From a virus: 64,000 nucleotides of DNA. This document shows, one piece after another, positions 9,481-19,484 of the stretch. Location: positions 77,891-141,890 of IMG/VR virus record IMGVR_UViG_3300033802_000252; one strand, written 5' to 3'. The notes below the pieces were generated by a model. The model made no database searches. It was not told the DNA's origin and saw nothing but the letters and a program-made list of their open reading frames with translations. Each line of letters opens with the position of its first letter. The first letter of the stretch is position 1. The translations under genes were made by a program, and so were the position numbers.

Positions 9481-9816
9481 ATGAGAAAAGAAGTGATTGA
9501 AATAGGTATTTTGGATCAGGGCTGTGGATGCCATCACTGTAGAGAATCTACCAAGAAGCAACTGGAAGATGCAAGAGAAAATTGGAAAAATGGTGAGCGT
9601 AAAATTGTCTTTAGGTCGTTTGTCCACAATTGTGCAGAGGGTTGTTGTACGGATTATGGAGTAGCTGTCTATATTAATGGATTTGAAGTGTTGTCACACA
9701 ATGGAGAAGATGTTGATTATGTTGTTGAAGCATTGATGGAATTTTTAGAGGTCGACAATGTGAGCGTTGAGTATGAGTATGAAAATATGGATAAAAATCA
9801 AAAGATAGAGGAGTAG
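9481..9816 (+). CDS. Hypothetical protein (Cys-rich)
   Basis: 111 aa ORF with GCGCHHC and NCAEGCC. Confidence 0.65.
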   Translation: MRKEVIEIGILDQGCGCHHCRESTKKQLEDARENWKNGERKIVFRSFVHNCAEGCCTDYGVAVYINGFEVLSHNGEDVDYVVEALMEFLEVDNVSVEYEYENMDKNQKIEE

Positions 9817-9821
9817 GCTGA

Positions 9822-10190
9822 ATGTGTTGTCCCGTGTTTCTAAATTTCTACGAACGCAGTAATGGAAAAACACATATTCATCTAAGAATAATGGCTTATC
9901 ATGGAATTCCTTTAGTTGTGCATAATCATGAGTATAAGGTAAGACTAGAAAATGAGTTTTATAACGGATTAAAGGGAACGGCATTCATTGATAAGCCTCT
10001 TATTTTTTCTATACAAGATTATGGGGTAATACGATTATTAGTAGGTCATAGGGCTATTTGTGATGATCCTATTGTTTTTAAGCACGACGTGCATAATTTA
10101 AGTGATAAAATAAATTGGTTGTCAAGAGATGAAATTCGAGAGTTGTTTTTTGATGACTTAGAGTTAGGCGCTACGTGGATGTATGAATAA
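9822..10190 (+). CDS. Hypothetical protein
   Basis: RBS GAGGAG, 122 aa ORF. Confidence 0.65.
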   Translation: MCCPVFLNFYERSNGKTHIHLRIMAYHGIPLVVHNHEYKVRLENEFYNGLKGTAFIDKPLIFSIQDYGVIRLLVGHRAICDDPIVFKHDVHNLSDKINWLSRDEIRELFFDDLELGATWMYE

Positions 10191-10211
10191 ATTACTAGGG
10201 GAGAGAGTCAA

Positions 10212-10481
10212 ATGCCAAGATTAGAAGAGTGGTCAATTGTAAGTATACCGTCCAATCCTTTTCAGGCTCCTGAATTATGGAGTAAAAGGTTGAGTGGAAA
10301 GGTGTATGACGATGATAGATTTGAAGAAGGAAGCATTGTCACAACATCCAGATTGGTAGAGCTGAATCTAAAGAGTGGGTACGCATTAACAAAAAACACA
10401 AGATATGAATTAGGAAGTCCTTCTGATGAATATATAGAATGGCTAACGAGCCAAGGTAAGACCATAGAAGATTACATATAA
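10212..10481 (+). CDS. Conserved hypothetical phage protein
   Basis: RLEEWSIV...PFQAPE...LSGKVYDD.RF..G..V.TS pattern. Confidence 0.7.
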   Translation: MPRLEEWSIVSIPSNPFQAPELWSKRLSGKVYDDDRFEEGSIVTTSRLVELNLKSGYALTKNTRYELGSPSDEYIEWLTSQGKTIEDYI

Positions 10482-10518
10482 TATGATAATTATAAACACT
10501 GGGGGTTATTAACTAAAT

Positions 10519-11505
10519 ATGGATCTATTACTAGGAGGAAGTCCTTGTCAGGGTTTTAGCTTTGCAGGGAAACAATTGAATTTCGAAGATCCAAGAAGCA
10601 AGTTGTTTTTTGATTATGTTAAAGCGTTAAATATATTAAAACCAAAGTACTTTATTTTTGAAAACGTGAAAATGAAAAAAGAATCAGAGCAGATAATAAG
10701 TCAATATTTAGGAGTAGAACCTATTGAAATAAATTCTTCTCTTGTATCTGCTCAAAATAGAAGAAGATTATATTGGACTAATATTCCTGGTGTTGTGCAA
10801 CCGCAAGATAGAGGTATATTACTTAAGGATATAGTGTTAAATGATGCGTTCCCTGTTGTGATACATAATATTTATGGTGGCTTCAAAGAAAAAAAAGTTC
10901 GAGTATTCGAGGGAAAATCACCAACAATTAGAACCGCAGCAGGAGGAGGACATATACCTTATTTTGTTAAAAAAGATTTAATCCACAGCGAAAAAGCAAT
11001 TGAATATATGAATAAAGCTACAAGAGATGGTAGAGCGCATTGGGATTTTGGACATCATTTTGATATAAGAAATCCTAAGAGTGCTACAGTTGTCGCAAAT
11101 TTCTTTAAGGGTGTACCTTATAATGTATTTAAAGATTGGGATTGCATCAGAAAATTCCATCCTGTAGAATGTGAACGACTTCAAACTCTTCCAGACGGAT
11201 ATACTGAAGGAATTAGCAACACTCAACGATACAAGAGCATAGGGAATGGATGGACGGTTGATGTAATTGCTCACATATTATCTTTTATTCCTGATAAAAA
11301 ATTAAATAATGTTGTAAGTCTTTTTGATGGCATCTCGTGTGGTCAAGTTGCTTTAGAACGAGCAGGATTTACATATAAAAATTATTTTGCGTCAGAGATT
11401 GATAAATATGCTATCCATATAACTCAAAAGAATTATCCTAATACAATTCAATTGGGTGATGTCACACAAATTAATTGGGATGAATTTACGAAAAAACATG
11501 AATAA
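10519..11505 (+). CDS. DNA (cytosine-5) methyltransferase, circularly permuted
   Basis: Starts at motif IV (DLLLGGSPCQGFS), then ENV (VI), ECERLQT (IX), GNGW (X), and finally motif I (VSLFDGISCG), II (SEID) and III (GDV) at the C-terminus. Confidence 0.9.
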   Translation: MDLLLGGSPCQGFSFAGKQLNFEDPRSKLFFDYVKALNILKPKYFIFENVKMKKESEQIISQYLGVEPIEINSSLVSAQNRRRLYWTNIPGVVQPQDRGILLKDIVLNDAFPVVIHNIYGGFKEKKVRVFEGKSPTIRTAAGGGHIPYFVKKDLIHSEKAIEYMNKATRDGRAHWDFGHHFDIRNPKSATVVANFFKGVPYNVFKDWDCIRKFHPVECERLQTLPDGYTEGISNTQRYKSIGNGWTVDVIAHILSFIPDKKLNNVVSLFDGISCGQVALERAGFTYKNYFASEIDKYAIHITQKNYPNTIQLGDVTQINWDEFTKKHE

Positions 11506-11750
11506 AATTCGATTTTAAAGCAACAGGAGGATATATATGAAAAACGAAGAACTTATGATTTTGTATAGTAGACTGCAATATGTCTATTGCCAAATGGAAA
11601 TAAAAAACATGTGACAGAAACGGAGTGATCAGCACCAATATTCAGCAGATACATATGATGACGCAATTATTTAGTAATTATGCCTGAATTGATTAAAGGG
11701 TTAAAAAGTGATAAAAAGATTATTTTAAGTAAACAGAGAGGGTAATTTAA

Positions 11751-12413
11751 ATGGAAAAATACATATGTAAAATTGATGGCAAAGAATTTACTGAGTATAA
11801 TGATCTACTTGATTATATTCAAAACACATATGTTGATGTTGTTGTTATTACAGACAAAGATGAAAATGGGCTGAACGTTGAGTCCATATATAAAAAGTTT
11901 AAAAGAGTAATGCCAGAGTATGTTAACATACGTGTCAATAAAGACAATGACTTAGATCGTTATCTTGTTAATATTGATTCCAATATATGTAACTTTTCTT
12001 TTTATATTGGATATAGCGAGTGGGAGTATTACCATAATGTATTTATCAATGTAGAAGATGCGATTAAATATTATCAAGAATTTTTTAAAACGGCGGATAA
12101 GATTATAGAAAAGGTTGAACAGGAATATAAACTGAAATTAAGCGTAAACCAATTATGGGAATCCCCAGGAGAAGGGGGACGAAGCATTCATTTTGTATTT
12201 GATCTCAATGGTTCAGAAGTGGGAGTGTATTATGATTTTGATTGCGATATTGATGAATTTATGGACGTCTTTAAGCAATATACAGAAAACGTTTTAGAAG
12301 GTAAATTAGAAAAAAACAATAAGGGATACTATACTGAATATAAAATTGGTGGGGTTTCAATTGATGGATTCATAAATAGAAGTAAGAGGGTAAGACTTGA
12401 GATTTTGGAGTAG
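11751..12413 (+). CDS. Hypothetical protein, paralog of 22354-23037
   Basis: Shared N-terminal KY...IDG..F and C-terminal IDG.....R..RLEI.E. Confidence 0.75.
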   Translation: MEKYICKIDGKEFTEYNDLLDYIQNTYVDVVVITDKDENGLNVESIYKKFKRVMPEYVNIRVNKDNDLDRYLVNIDSNICNFSFYIGYSEWEYYHNVFINVEDAIKYYQEFFKTADKIIEKVEQEYKLKLSVNQLWESPGEGGRSIHFVFDLNGSEVGVYYDFDCDIDEFMDVFKQYTENVLEGKLEKNNKGYYTEYKIGGVSIDGFINRSKRVRLEILE

Positions 12414-12427
12414 GGGGAGCACCATTA

Positions 12428-12517
12428 ATGAGTATTATCGTCGTTATTAAAGACAATGATATGGTTTGGGTAGGTTGTGATAGTCAAGTAACACGAATAC
12501 AAAAAACGACAAGGTAG
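12428..12517 (+). pseudogene. N-terminal fragment of an Ntn-hydrolase/HslV-like protein
   Basis: MSIIVVIKDNDMVWVGCDSQVT, then an early stop. Confidence 0.4.
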
Positions 12518-12576
12518 AGATTGTTGAAGAATAAATAATATATAAAATCAGAATTAAACAGAATGGGGTTTTAAAA

Positions 12577-12813
12577 TTGTTGGCTAGGATAAGTAAGGAC
12601 GATGTAATTGTTATTGATAATACATTTATTTTGGGTGAAGAAGCATATGATTATGCTCAATTAATAAATAATTATCCATTGGAACATGAGGACTATATAC
12701 AAGTATTAAAAGTGGTTGCTGAAGTTGGATTGAAGACAAGAAAGAGTGGAGAGCAAATTTCAAGTGAAATAAAAAATATATATAGTAATATTTTTAATAA
12801 AGAGGGGGTCTGA
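12577..12813 (+). CDS. Hypothetical protein
   Basis: TTG start with RBS GGGG, 78 aa. Confidence 0.6.
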   Translation: MLARISKDDVIVIDNTFILGEEAYDYAQLINNYPLEHEDYIQVLKVVAEVGLKTRKSGEQISSEIKNIYSNIFNKEGV

Positions 12814-12816
12814 TAA

Positions 12817-14301
12817 TTGGAGATTAATAAAGCATATCATATAGATTGTGTAGAGGGATTGAAACTATTAGCCGATAACTCAATAGATGCAATCGTGACC
12901 GATCCTCCCTATGAGCTAGGATTTATGGGGAAGAAATGGGATTCAACAGGAATCGCATATAATATTGATATGTGGAAGGAATGTTTGCGTGTCTTGAAAC
13001 CTGGTGGTCATTTGCTTAGTTTCGGGGGAGCGAGGACATATCATAGAATGACTTGTGCAATAGAAGATGCAGGATTTGAAATACGAGATCAAATTATGTG
13101 GATATATTCGCAAGGAATGCCGAAATCTCAAAATATTAAAAAGGCAATTGAAAAGAAGTCAAAATCATCAGAGTTAGCAGAACAATGGTTAGGATGGGAA
13201 TCAAATCTGAAACCAGCTCATGAGCCTATTGTTTTAGCACGTAAGCCACTAAGCGAAAAGACTATAGCAGATAATGTGCTTAAATGGAGCACTGGTGGAT
13301 TAAACATTGATGAATGTAGGATACCAACGGATTGGAAAAATGAGTATTCTGAAAGCTGGTTCAAAAGTGGTAGGGGTAAAACTATAACATGGAATGGTGA
13401 TGAATATAGAACTGATATGACTGCAGGAGATCGAATTAATTCAAAAGGAAGATATCCTGCTAATGTTATATTTGATGAAGAAGCGGCCAAGATGCTTGAT
13501 GAACAAAGTGGTATTTTAAAGAGTGATTCAAATAATGTTAGAAGCAAGATAGGCACATTTTTAGAGCATGGCGGTTTAGGTAAGCCAGGAGACATTCAAG
13601 TTGCCTACGGTGATTCAGGAGGAGCATCTAGATTCTTTTATTGTGCTAAGGCAACAAAGAAAGAACGTAATCAAGGATGTGAAAATTTAATAGTGTGGGA
13701 GAACGTGGAGTTGAACCCACTAATAGGAGAGTTAAGCCGACACCTAAAGGATATATTAGAGTATATGATGCAGAAACAAAAAAATACAGAATGGAACATA
13801 TTATCATTTGGGAAAGAGATTGTGGAAAAATACCCAAGGGATATGATATTCATCACAAAGATGGGGATAAAACTAACAACAATATTGGAAATCTTGAACT
13901 TGTTGATAAACTCACTCACAAAAGAATCCATTCGGGATGTTTTAGAGATGGTAATGGAGAATGGCATAAACCTTGCAGAAAATGTGGAGAAGTTAAACCA
14001 ATTAAAACAGAATACTATAAACGAAGAGATGGAATCTCTTCTTGGTGTCGTAAATGCTGTATTAGCAACGCTATTGAAAATAAAAGAAAAAGGAAGAGTA
14101 GGAAATATACATAGTACAGTAAAGCCATTAAAACTAATGGAATATCTAATTAAGCTTGTTACACCACCTAATGGGATTATTTTAGATCCATTCGCAGGTA
14201 GTGGCACAACATTGTTGACTGCCAAGAATTTAGGGTTTAATTACATAGGATTTGAAAAAGAAGAAGAATACATGGAAATCATAAATAAAAGATTAGCATA
14301 A
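12817..14301 (+). CDS. N6/N4 DNA methyltransferase (beta class) with a ~140 aa insert
   Basis: VTDPPY, SRFFYCAK...H.TVKPLKLMEYLIKLVTPP, DPFAGSG; the insert coincides with the nested HNH gene. Confidence 0.9.
   Translation: MEINKAYHIDCVEGLKLLADNSIDAIVTDPPYELGFMGKKWDSTGIAYNIDMWKECLRVLKPGGHLLSFGGARTYHRMTCAIEDAGFEIRDQIMWIYSQGMPKSQNIKKAIEKKSKSSELAEQWLGWESNLKPAHEPIVLARKPLSEKTIADNVLKWSTGGLNIDECRIPTDWKNEYSESWFKSGRGKTITWNGDEYRTDMTAGDRINSKGRYPANVIFDEEAAKMLDEQSGILKSDSNNVRSKIGTFLEHGGLGKPGDIQVAYGDSGGASRFFYCAKATKKERNQGCENLIVWENVELNPLIGELSRHLKDILEYMMQKQKNTEWNILSFGKEIVEKYPRDMIFITKMGIKLTTILEILNLLINSLTKESIRDVLEMVMENGINLAENVEKLNQLKQNTINEEMESLLGVVNAVLATLLKIKEKGRVGNIHSTVKPLKLMEYLIKLVTPPNGIILDPFAGSGTTLLTAKNLGFNYIGFEKEEEYMEIINKRLA
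13695..14114 (+). CDS. HNH endonuclease nested out of frame within the methyltransferase gene
   Basis: KGYIRV...MEH..IWE...GKIPKGYDIHHKDGDKTNNNIGNLEL....H..IH plus CRKC...WCRKC zinc finger. Confidence 0.85.
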   Translation: MGERGVEPTNRRVKPTPKGYIRVYDAETKKYRMEHIIIWERDCGKIPKGYDIHHKDGDKTNNNIGNLELVDKLTHKRIHSGCFRDGNGEWHKPCRKCGEVKPIKTEYYKRRDGISSWCRKCCISNAIENKRKRKSRKYT

Positions 14302-14366
14302 TTCAGTTAATACCGATATTTTATCTGAATAAAAATACAACATAAATTGTAAAAGGAGGAAAAAGT

Positions 14367-15104
14367 TTGTTTGAAATAAATAAAATATACAATGAAGACT
14401 GTCTAAAAACAATGAGGAGACTGCCAGACGAAAGCGTAGATTTAATAATTGCAGATCCACCCTACTATAAAATTGTTAAAGATGAATGGGATCATCAATG
14501 GGATACAATAGAAGAATGGATTGAGTGGCACAGGGGGTGGTTGGGGGAGTCAAAAAGAGTATTAAAAGACACAGGAAGTTTTTATTATTATGGTGGTGTA
14601 AGAAACATTGCACACATAAAGATTTTATTAGATGAGTATTTTGAATTTAGAAATTGGATTACATGGCACAAGAAAAGGGGTCGAGGAAGCAAAAGAGATT
14701 GGTTGTTTACAAGGGAAGAATTATTATTCTACACCAAATCTAACAACTATAAATTTAAAGTTATATATTCAGACCAAGTTGGAACTTCGAATGCAAGCAA
14801 AAAAAGATTTAGAGAAACTGGCAGAGGGCTAAGACTGTCCAATGTATGGAACGACATATTGGAAATGGGTTGGAACAATACTGGTAAATGTAAAATAAGT
14901 GCTGAAAAACCTGTGAAAATTGGACAGAGGATCATTGAGTCAGCAACGGACGAAGGGGACTTAGTGTATATTCCGTTTGCTGGTAGTGGGAGTGAAATTG
15001 AAGCTTCTATTAATTGCAATAGAAGGTATATAGCAAGTGAAATTAACAATGAATACATAGTGAACATTATTAACCCCAGATTACAAAATAAAAAAACACA
15101 ATAA
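14367..15104 (+). CDS. N6/N4 DNA methyltransferase
   Basis: IIADPPY, EKP, IPFAGSGS. Confidence 0.9.
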   Translation: MFEINKIYNEDCLKTMRRLPDESVDLIIADPPYYKIVKDEWDHQWDTIEEWIEWHRGWLGESKRVLKDTGSFYYYGGVRNIAHIKILLDEYFEFRNWITWHKKRGRGSKRDWLFTREELLFYTKSNNYKFKVIYSDQVGTSNASKKRFRETGRGLRLSNVWNDILEMGWNNTGKCKISAEKPVKIGQRIIESATDEGDLVYIPFAGSGSEIEASINCNRRYIASEINNEYIVNIINPRLQNKKTQ

Positions 15105-15124
15105 AACAGATGATTTAATGGAAA

Positions 15125-15346
15125 ATGGGAGGACAAAAGATGAAATTCAAATTCTTCAATGACACTGGAGCAGTAATAAATATACATCCTGCTACATTTA
15201 TTCATGGTTGCCAAGGGGATGACTCTCCTATTCCACCATTAGAAATTCGAGAGTTTAATTTACCAAAAGGAACATATCCAATGTTAAAATTGTGGAAGGA
15301 AAATATTATTTTCGTTTGTCCTGAGAAAGAGGAAGGGAGTAAATAA
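15125..15346 (+). CDS. Hypothetical protein, paralog of 30335-30577
   Basis: F.F.NDT...I.IHPATF..GC...P...E.R.F.LP.GT.PMLK.W shared. Confidence 0.7.
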   Translation: MGGQKMKFKFFNDTGAVINIHPATFIHGCQGDDSPIPPLEIREFNLPKGTYPMLKLWKENIIFVCPEKEEGSK

Positions 15347-15349
15347 AAT

Positions 15350-15724
15350 ATGAAAATTATCGATGGCAAAATTACTGAGTTTCAATATCCTGATGGATGG
15401 TATATGAGGATTGGTCAAGTGTATTCGAGTCCATATGAGCCTAATCACTTTCTGATTACAAGATTTGAACAGGATGAACATTCAGATGTGGAAGATATTC
15501 GTGTTTATTACAAAGAAGTGGATTGCAATAATTATAAGAACATTCTTATTGATGAAGAGCATTATCATCGTGCCTGGTGGATAAACGAAGGTAATTGGGA
15601 TTTGGAGCAAGAAGGGAAGATTACATTTGGAAATGGTAGTGAGATTAAACTAATGCCCACTAAGGATGGTATTAGAGGTAAGCAACGTGAGTATGCGTGG
15701 GGATTAGATTTAGCTAAAGAATAA
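15350..15724 (+). CDS. Hypothetical protein; C-terminus resembles a terminase-like fragment (NGSEIKLM...GIRGK)
   Basis: 124 aa ORF with RBS GGGAG. Confidence 0.6.
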   Translation: MKIIDGKITEFQYPDGWYMRIGQVYSSPYEPNHFLITRFEQDEHSDVEDIRVYYKEVDCNNYKNILIDEEHYHRAWWINEGNWDLEQEGKITFGNGSEIKLMPTKDGIRGKQREYAWGLDLAKE

Positions 15725-15742
15725 AATAGGGGAGTTTTTGAA

Positions 15743-15910
15743 ATGAGAATAGAAGGGTATATTAGTCTAGGTCTATCAAATACATATGGAAATGTAGCAG
15801 TATATAAAAGCGGTGAGAAGTTTTATATGAGATTAGATGATTATGCCAGTGTAGATGAAGTGGAGATTAGTGAAGAATTATACGAAGCTATTAAGAAAGA
15901 GTTTGAATAA
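15743..15910 (+). CDS. Small hypothetical protein (55 aa)
   Basis: RBS GGGGAG; its stop lies within the repeat site at 15908. Confidence 0.55.
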   Translation: MRIEGYISLGLSNTYGNVAVYKSGEKFYMRLDDYASVDEVEISEELYEAIKKEFE

Positions 15911-16094
15911 ATCCAAGATTTTATCGAGAATGAAATGATCGAGTGGTATAATTGTGGGTTACTAGCACATCATGACAAAGGTGAAAGAGCAGAAAAAGAT
16001 GTGCCAGAATTAATAGAATATATTAGGTTTTTAAAAGATGTAAATAAAGTTTTTGAATAAAACATTCCTTTAGATTGGGGATAGAGGTGAGTAA

Positions 16095-16472
16095 GTGATT
16101 ACAATTTTTGAGGTACACTATGATCCAGAGAATCGTGATGATTACCAAACAAGAATTATTCAAGAAAAAGATTGGGATACATATATTGAAAATGTAAAGA
16201 GTGAAAGACTAGTCTATCCAAGTGGGCTAACAAAGCCAAGAGGAGTAAAAATTAATGAAGACGCATTTGGGAATGAAAGGTTAGAGTTCGATTATATTGT
16301 GCCAGCGACAGGGAAGTTAATGCGACATAAATCATGGAAGGTGCAGATAGCGGACAGAAGATGGGGAGCGATAGAATCTTTCGAAAAAGTATTTGATATC
16401 AGACTTACCAGATGGCAAAAATTTATATTAAAAATGCAATATATTTTTGATAAGTGGCTTTACAAGACTTGA
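16095..16472 (+). CDS. Hypothetical protein
   Basis: RBS GAGGTGA, GTG start. Confidence 0.65.
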   Translation: MITIFEVHYDPENRDDYQTRIIQEKDWDTYIENVKSERLVYPSGLTKPRGVKINEDAFGNERLEFDYIVPATGKLMRHKSWKVQIADRRWGAIESFEKVFDIRLTRWQKFILKMQYIFDKWLYKT

Positions 16473-16534
16473 TAAAACATATCTTTTAACGGAAAAGCTG
16501 TTGTTAAAGAAAGTACAAAAAGGGAGATGAAAAT

Positions 16535-17410
16535 ATGAGTCATTTCATAGTAGCAGTGTTTACTAAAGAGGGGCAAACAGTAGAGGAATTACTTGCTCCA
16601 TATCAAGAAAATAATATGGGAGATTGCCCAAAAGAATATCTTGAGTTTTATGATGTCGAAGAAGAGTATCGCAACAAGTATGAGAATGAAGGAATTGAAA
16701 AAGTTAAATTGCCAGATGGAAGGTTGTTGTCATCTTGGGAAAGTGGAGCAAGAGAATATGAAAATCTAGAAAAAGTTAAAGTGCCATTTAAAGAAACATA
16801 CGAAACGTTTGAGCAGTTCATGGAAGAATGGGCAGGGTATAAAAAAGATGAGGAAACTGGAAAATATGGATATTGGGAAAATCCCAATGCGAAATGGGAT
16901 TGGTGGGTTGTTGGAGGAAGATGGAGTGGTTTATTAAAGTTAAAGGATGAGGCAACCACGGGGCAAATGGGCGATAGAAGATGGACTAACATTAATGAGA
17001 ATATTCCTAAAGGTAGGGTTGATTCAGCAAAAGTAAGGGATATTGATTTCTCAATTGATATGGATGAGTATAATAGAAATTTGAGATTTTGGGAACTAGT
17101 GGTGGAAGGCGACACTCCCAGAAATGTCGAAGAAGAGGAGATAGTAAAATGGAGTTTTTATTATAACCCAGAGTATTATTTAAATAGATATGATAGCAAA
17201 GAAGAGTATGCGAGACTATGCTCTGAGTTTGATGCATATGCAGTAATTACACCCGACGGCAAGTGGCACTCTAAAGGTGAAATGGGTTGGTGGGGAATAA
17301 GTAGTGAGTCACATGAAGAAGCAAAAAAATGGAATAAATCTTTTAAGGAAGCGTTCATTGATAATGCTGATCCCGAGTGGACATTAACTATTGTTGATTG
17401 CCATATTTAA
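16535..17410 (+). CDS. Conserved hypothetical phage protein
   Basis: MSHFIVAV, NPNAKWDWWVVGGRWSG, A.ITPDGKWH..G.MGWWG, LTIVDCHI. Confidence 0.8.
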   Translation: MSHFIVAVFTKEGQTVEELLAPYQENNMGDCPKEYLEFYDVEEEYRNKYENEGIEKVKLPDGRLLSSWESGAREYENLEKVKVPFKETYETFEQFMEEWAGYKKDEETGKYGYWENPNAKWDWWVVGGRWSGLLKLKDEATTGQMGDRRWTNINENIPKGRVDSAKVRDIDFSIDMDEYNRNLRFWELVVEGDTPRNVEEEEIVKWSFYYNPEYYLNRYDSKEEYARLCSEFDAYAVITPDGKWHSKGEMGWWGISSESHEEAKKWNKSFKEAFIDNADPEWTLTIVDCHI

Positions 17411-17459
17411 TTATTCATTATAAAACTTGTTCCTCAAGGAAATAGGAGTGTGTATATCA

Positions 17460-17828
17460 ATGAAAGATAGTAAGTATAAATATCAGAGTCCGACTGAGCA
17501 TGGATATACAAAATTCATGTTGACCAAGAAGTAGCATAATGAAATTTTCAAGTATAGAAAATTAAAGTGGTATGACAAATATGAATACTATCATGGAAAA
17601 AATGGAATTAATATTCACCGATTCACTAATTGGAAATCTATTCTGGTTAACACGATTACCCTACCATTCATAATTTTTTATCATGGAGTGGGTAATATTG
17701 GGTACATATGGAAAGAGTTAAAGGAGCTTTATAACCAAAAAGAATCAGGTAGCTTTTCAACAGATTTTATCAGCAGAAATACGGAAGCGTATGAAAAAAT
17801 CATGCGGATCTTGAATAAATCGAAATAA
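17460..17828 (+). pseudogene. Hypothetical gene with in-frame TAG at 17532
   Basis: RBS AGGAG; MKDSKYKY...LTKK*HNEIFKY... remains open to TAA 17826. Confidence 0.65.
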
Positions 17829-17886
17829 AACTGGGATTTTATCGGAAGTTATTAAAAATAAAATAATATATAGGAATGGTGATAAA

Positions 17887-18573
17887 TTGTTAAAAGAAGA
17901 ATGGTTAAATAAAATATATAGGGCAGACTGCATTGAAGTTATGAGGAGACTTCCTGATAATTGCTTTGATTTAATTCTTACAGATATACCATACGGAAAC
18001 GTTTCTAAGAATGGAGCAGAACGAGCTAAATATGCTGGACAATTAAGAAAATTAGACAAGGAATTTGCTGACGTTGAAACATTTGATTTAGAAGTATTTC
18101 TTGACGAATGCTATCGCTTGACTAAGGGCAGTGTATACATATTTTGCGGAATTGAACAGTTGTCCACTATATTTTCTTACTTTGATTCTAAGAAAGACAT
18201 GATGACCAGACAATGTATCTGGCATAAAAATAATCCTTCTCCTGCAAATGGTCAACATTATTGGCTACATGCAATTGAGAACTGTGTTTTTGCCAAAAAG
18301 AGAAAAACAACATTTAACCAACATTGTAAGCATAATGTATGGAACTATCCAGTTAATAGAAGCAAGAGACATCCCACAGAAAAACCATTGCAGTTGTTCG
18401 AGTATCTAATTGAAAGCTCTACCAATGAAGGAGATATTGTATTTGATCCCTGCATTGGCAGTGGAACAACTGCCGAAGCTGCTTTGAACCTTGGGAGAAG
18501 ATTTATGGGGATAGATATTATGCAAGAATGTGTTGATATGAGTAACGAAAGAATTAAAGATAAAACCCAATAA
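17887..18573 (+). CDS. N6/N4 DNA methyltransferase
   Basis: LTDIPY, HPTEKP, DPCIGSGTT. Confidence 0.9.
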   Translation: MLKEEWLNKIYRADCIEVMRRLPDNCFDLILTDIPYGNVSKNGAERAKYAGQLRKLDKEFADVETFDLEVFLDECYRLTKGSVYIFCGIEQLSTIFSYFDSKKDMMTRQCIWHKNNPSPANGQHYWLHAIENCVFAKKRKTTFNQHCKHNVWNYPVNRSKRHPTEKPLQLFEYLIESSTNEGDIVFDPCIGSGTTAEAALNLGRRFMGIDIMQECVDMSNERIKDKTQ

Positions 18574-18606
18574 AATTAGGGTTTTAACGGAAAGGGGGAG
18601 CATTAC

Positions 18607-18894
18607 TTGAAATACAACAATATTACAGAACGTGAGAAATATTACAACGAACTTTTAAGTGAGTTGTCTGAAGTGAAAACATTGGAAAAAGGGTACAAAT
18701 ATGGAGTCGCTTCTGTTCTTACTTTATTATACGACTGGATTTCGGAGATGAAGTATCGAAACATTGATACTGTTAGTCCCAAAAATATGGGTCGTCTATT
18801 AATTGATTGGATTGATTCAGATGAAGATGTAAAAAAGATTTTTAAGCGACTCACGAAAAACGATAGTAATCAGTTAAAAGAAAAATTTTATTAA
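18607..18894 (+). CDS. Hypothetical protein
   Basis: RBS GGGGAG, TTG start. Confidence 0.6.
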   Translation: MKYNNITEREKYYNELLSELSEVKTLEKGYKYGVASVLTLLYDWISEMKYRNIDTVSPKNMGRLLIDWIDSDEDVKKIFKRLTKNDSNQLKEKFY

Positions 18895-18961
18895 AAATAA
18901 CACAAGGTGCTTGCTTTATCATGATTAATAAAATAAAATATGAATAAAAGAATATAAAAGG

Positions 18962-19432
18962 ATGGGTTGTATGAATTACACAAAAGAAGATTGTATTCGA
19001 GATACTATGAATCATATTAAACAAGTTCGCTTGCTTATGAAATTTCTTATTAATAAATTAGAAGATCGAGCTATCGATCATGACGCATCTAAGCTTCAAT
19101 CACCAGAGATCGAAATTTTTACTGAGTATACCCCCAAGTTAAAAACTTCTACATATGGTTCAAAAGAATATAAGCAATTCCTAAAGGAAATGAAAGTTGC
19201 TTTGGATCATCATTATGCCAACAATTCGCATCATCCAGAATATTATGAGAACGGTATTAATGGAATGGATTTGCTTGATGTTATTGAAATGGTTTGTGAT
19301 TGGATGGCAGCAACGATGAGACATGATGATGGAGATATTATGAAAAGCATTGAAATAAATAAAGAAAGATTCGGAATTAGTGATCAGTTAGTTGGTATTA
19401 TTAGAAATACAGTAGAAAGGTATTTTATTTAA
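18962..19432 (+). CDS. DUF5662-like HD-type protein
   Basis: HDASKL...HHYANNSHHPEYY.NGI.GMDL.D..EM.CDW.AA. Confidence 0.75.
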   Translation: MGCMNYTKEDCIRDTMNHIKQVRLLMKFLINKLEDRAIDHDASKLQSPEIEIFTEYTPKLKTSTYGSKEYKQFLKEMKVALDHHYANNSHHPEYYENGINGMDLLDVIEMVCDWMAATMRHDDGDIMKSIEINKERFGISDQLVGIIRNTVERYFI

Positions 19433-19484
19433 TAAGTGTAGTGAGTTAAAGGTGTTGTATTACAAAGTATAATGGGTGATTAAG

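Noticed and set aside
13671-14225. 184-aa minus-strand ORF across the nested HNH region
   Set aside because: No recognisable domain or RBS; likely a shadow of two constrained forward frames
14632-14832. Second out-of-frame ORF inside a methyltransferase (66 aa)
   Set aside because: Short, with no domain or RBS, unlike the HNH case
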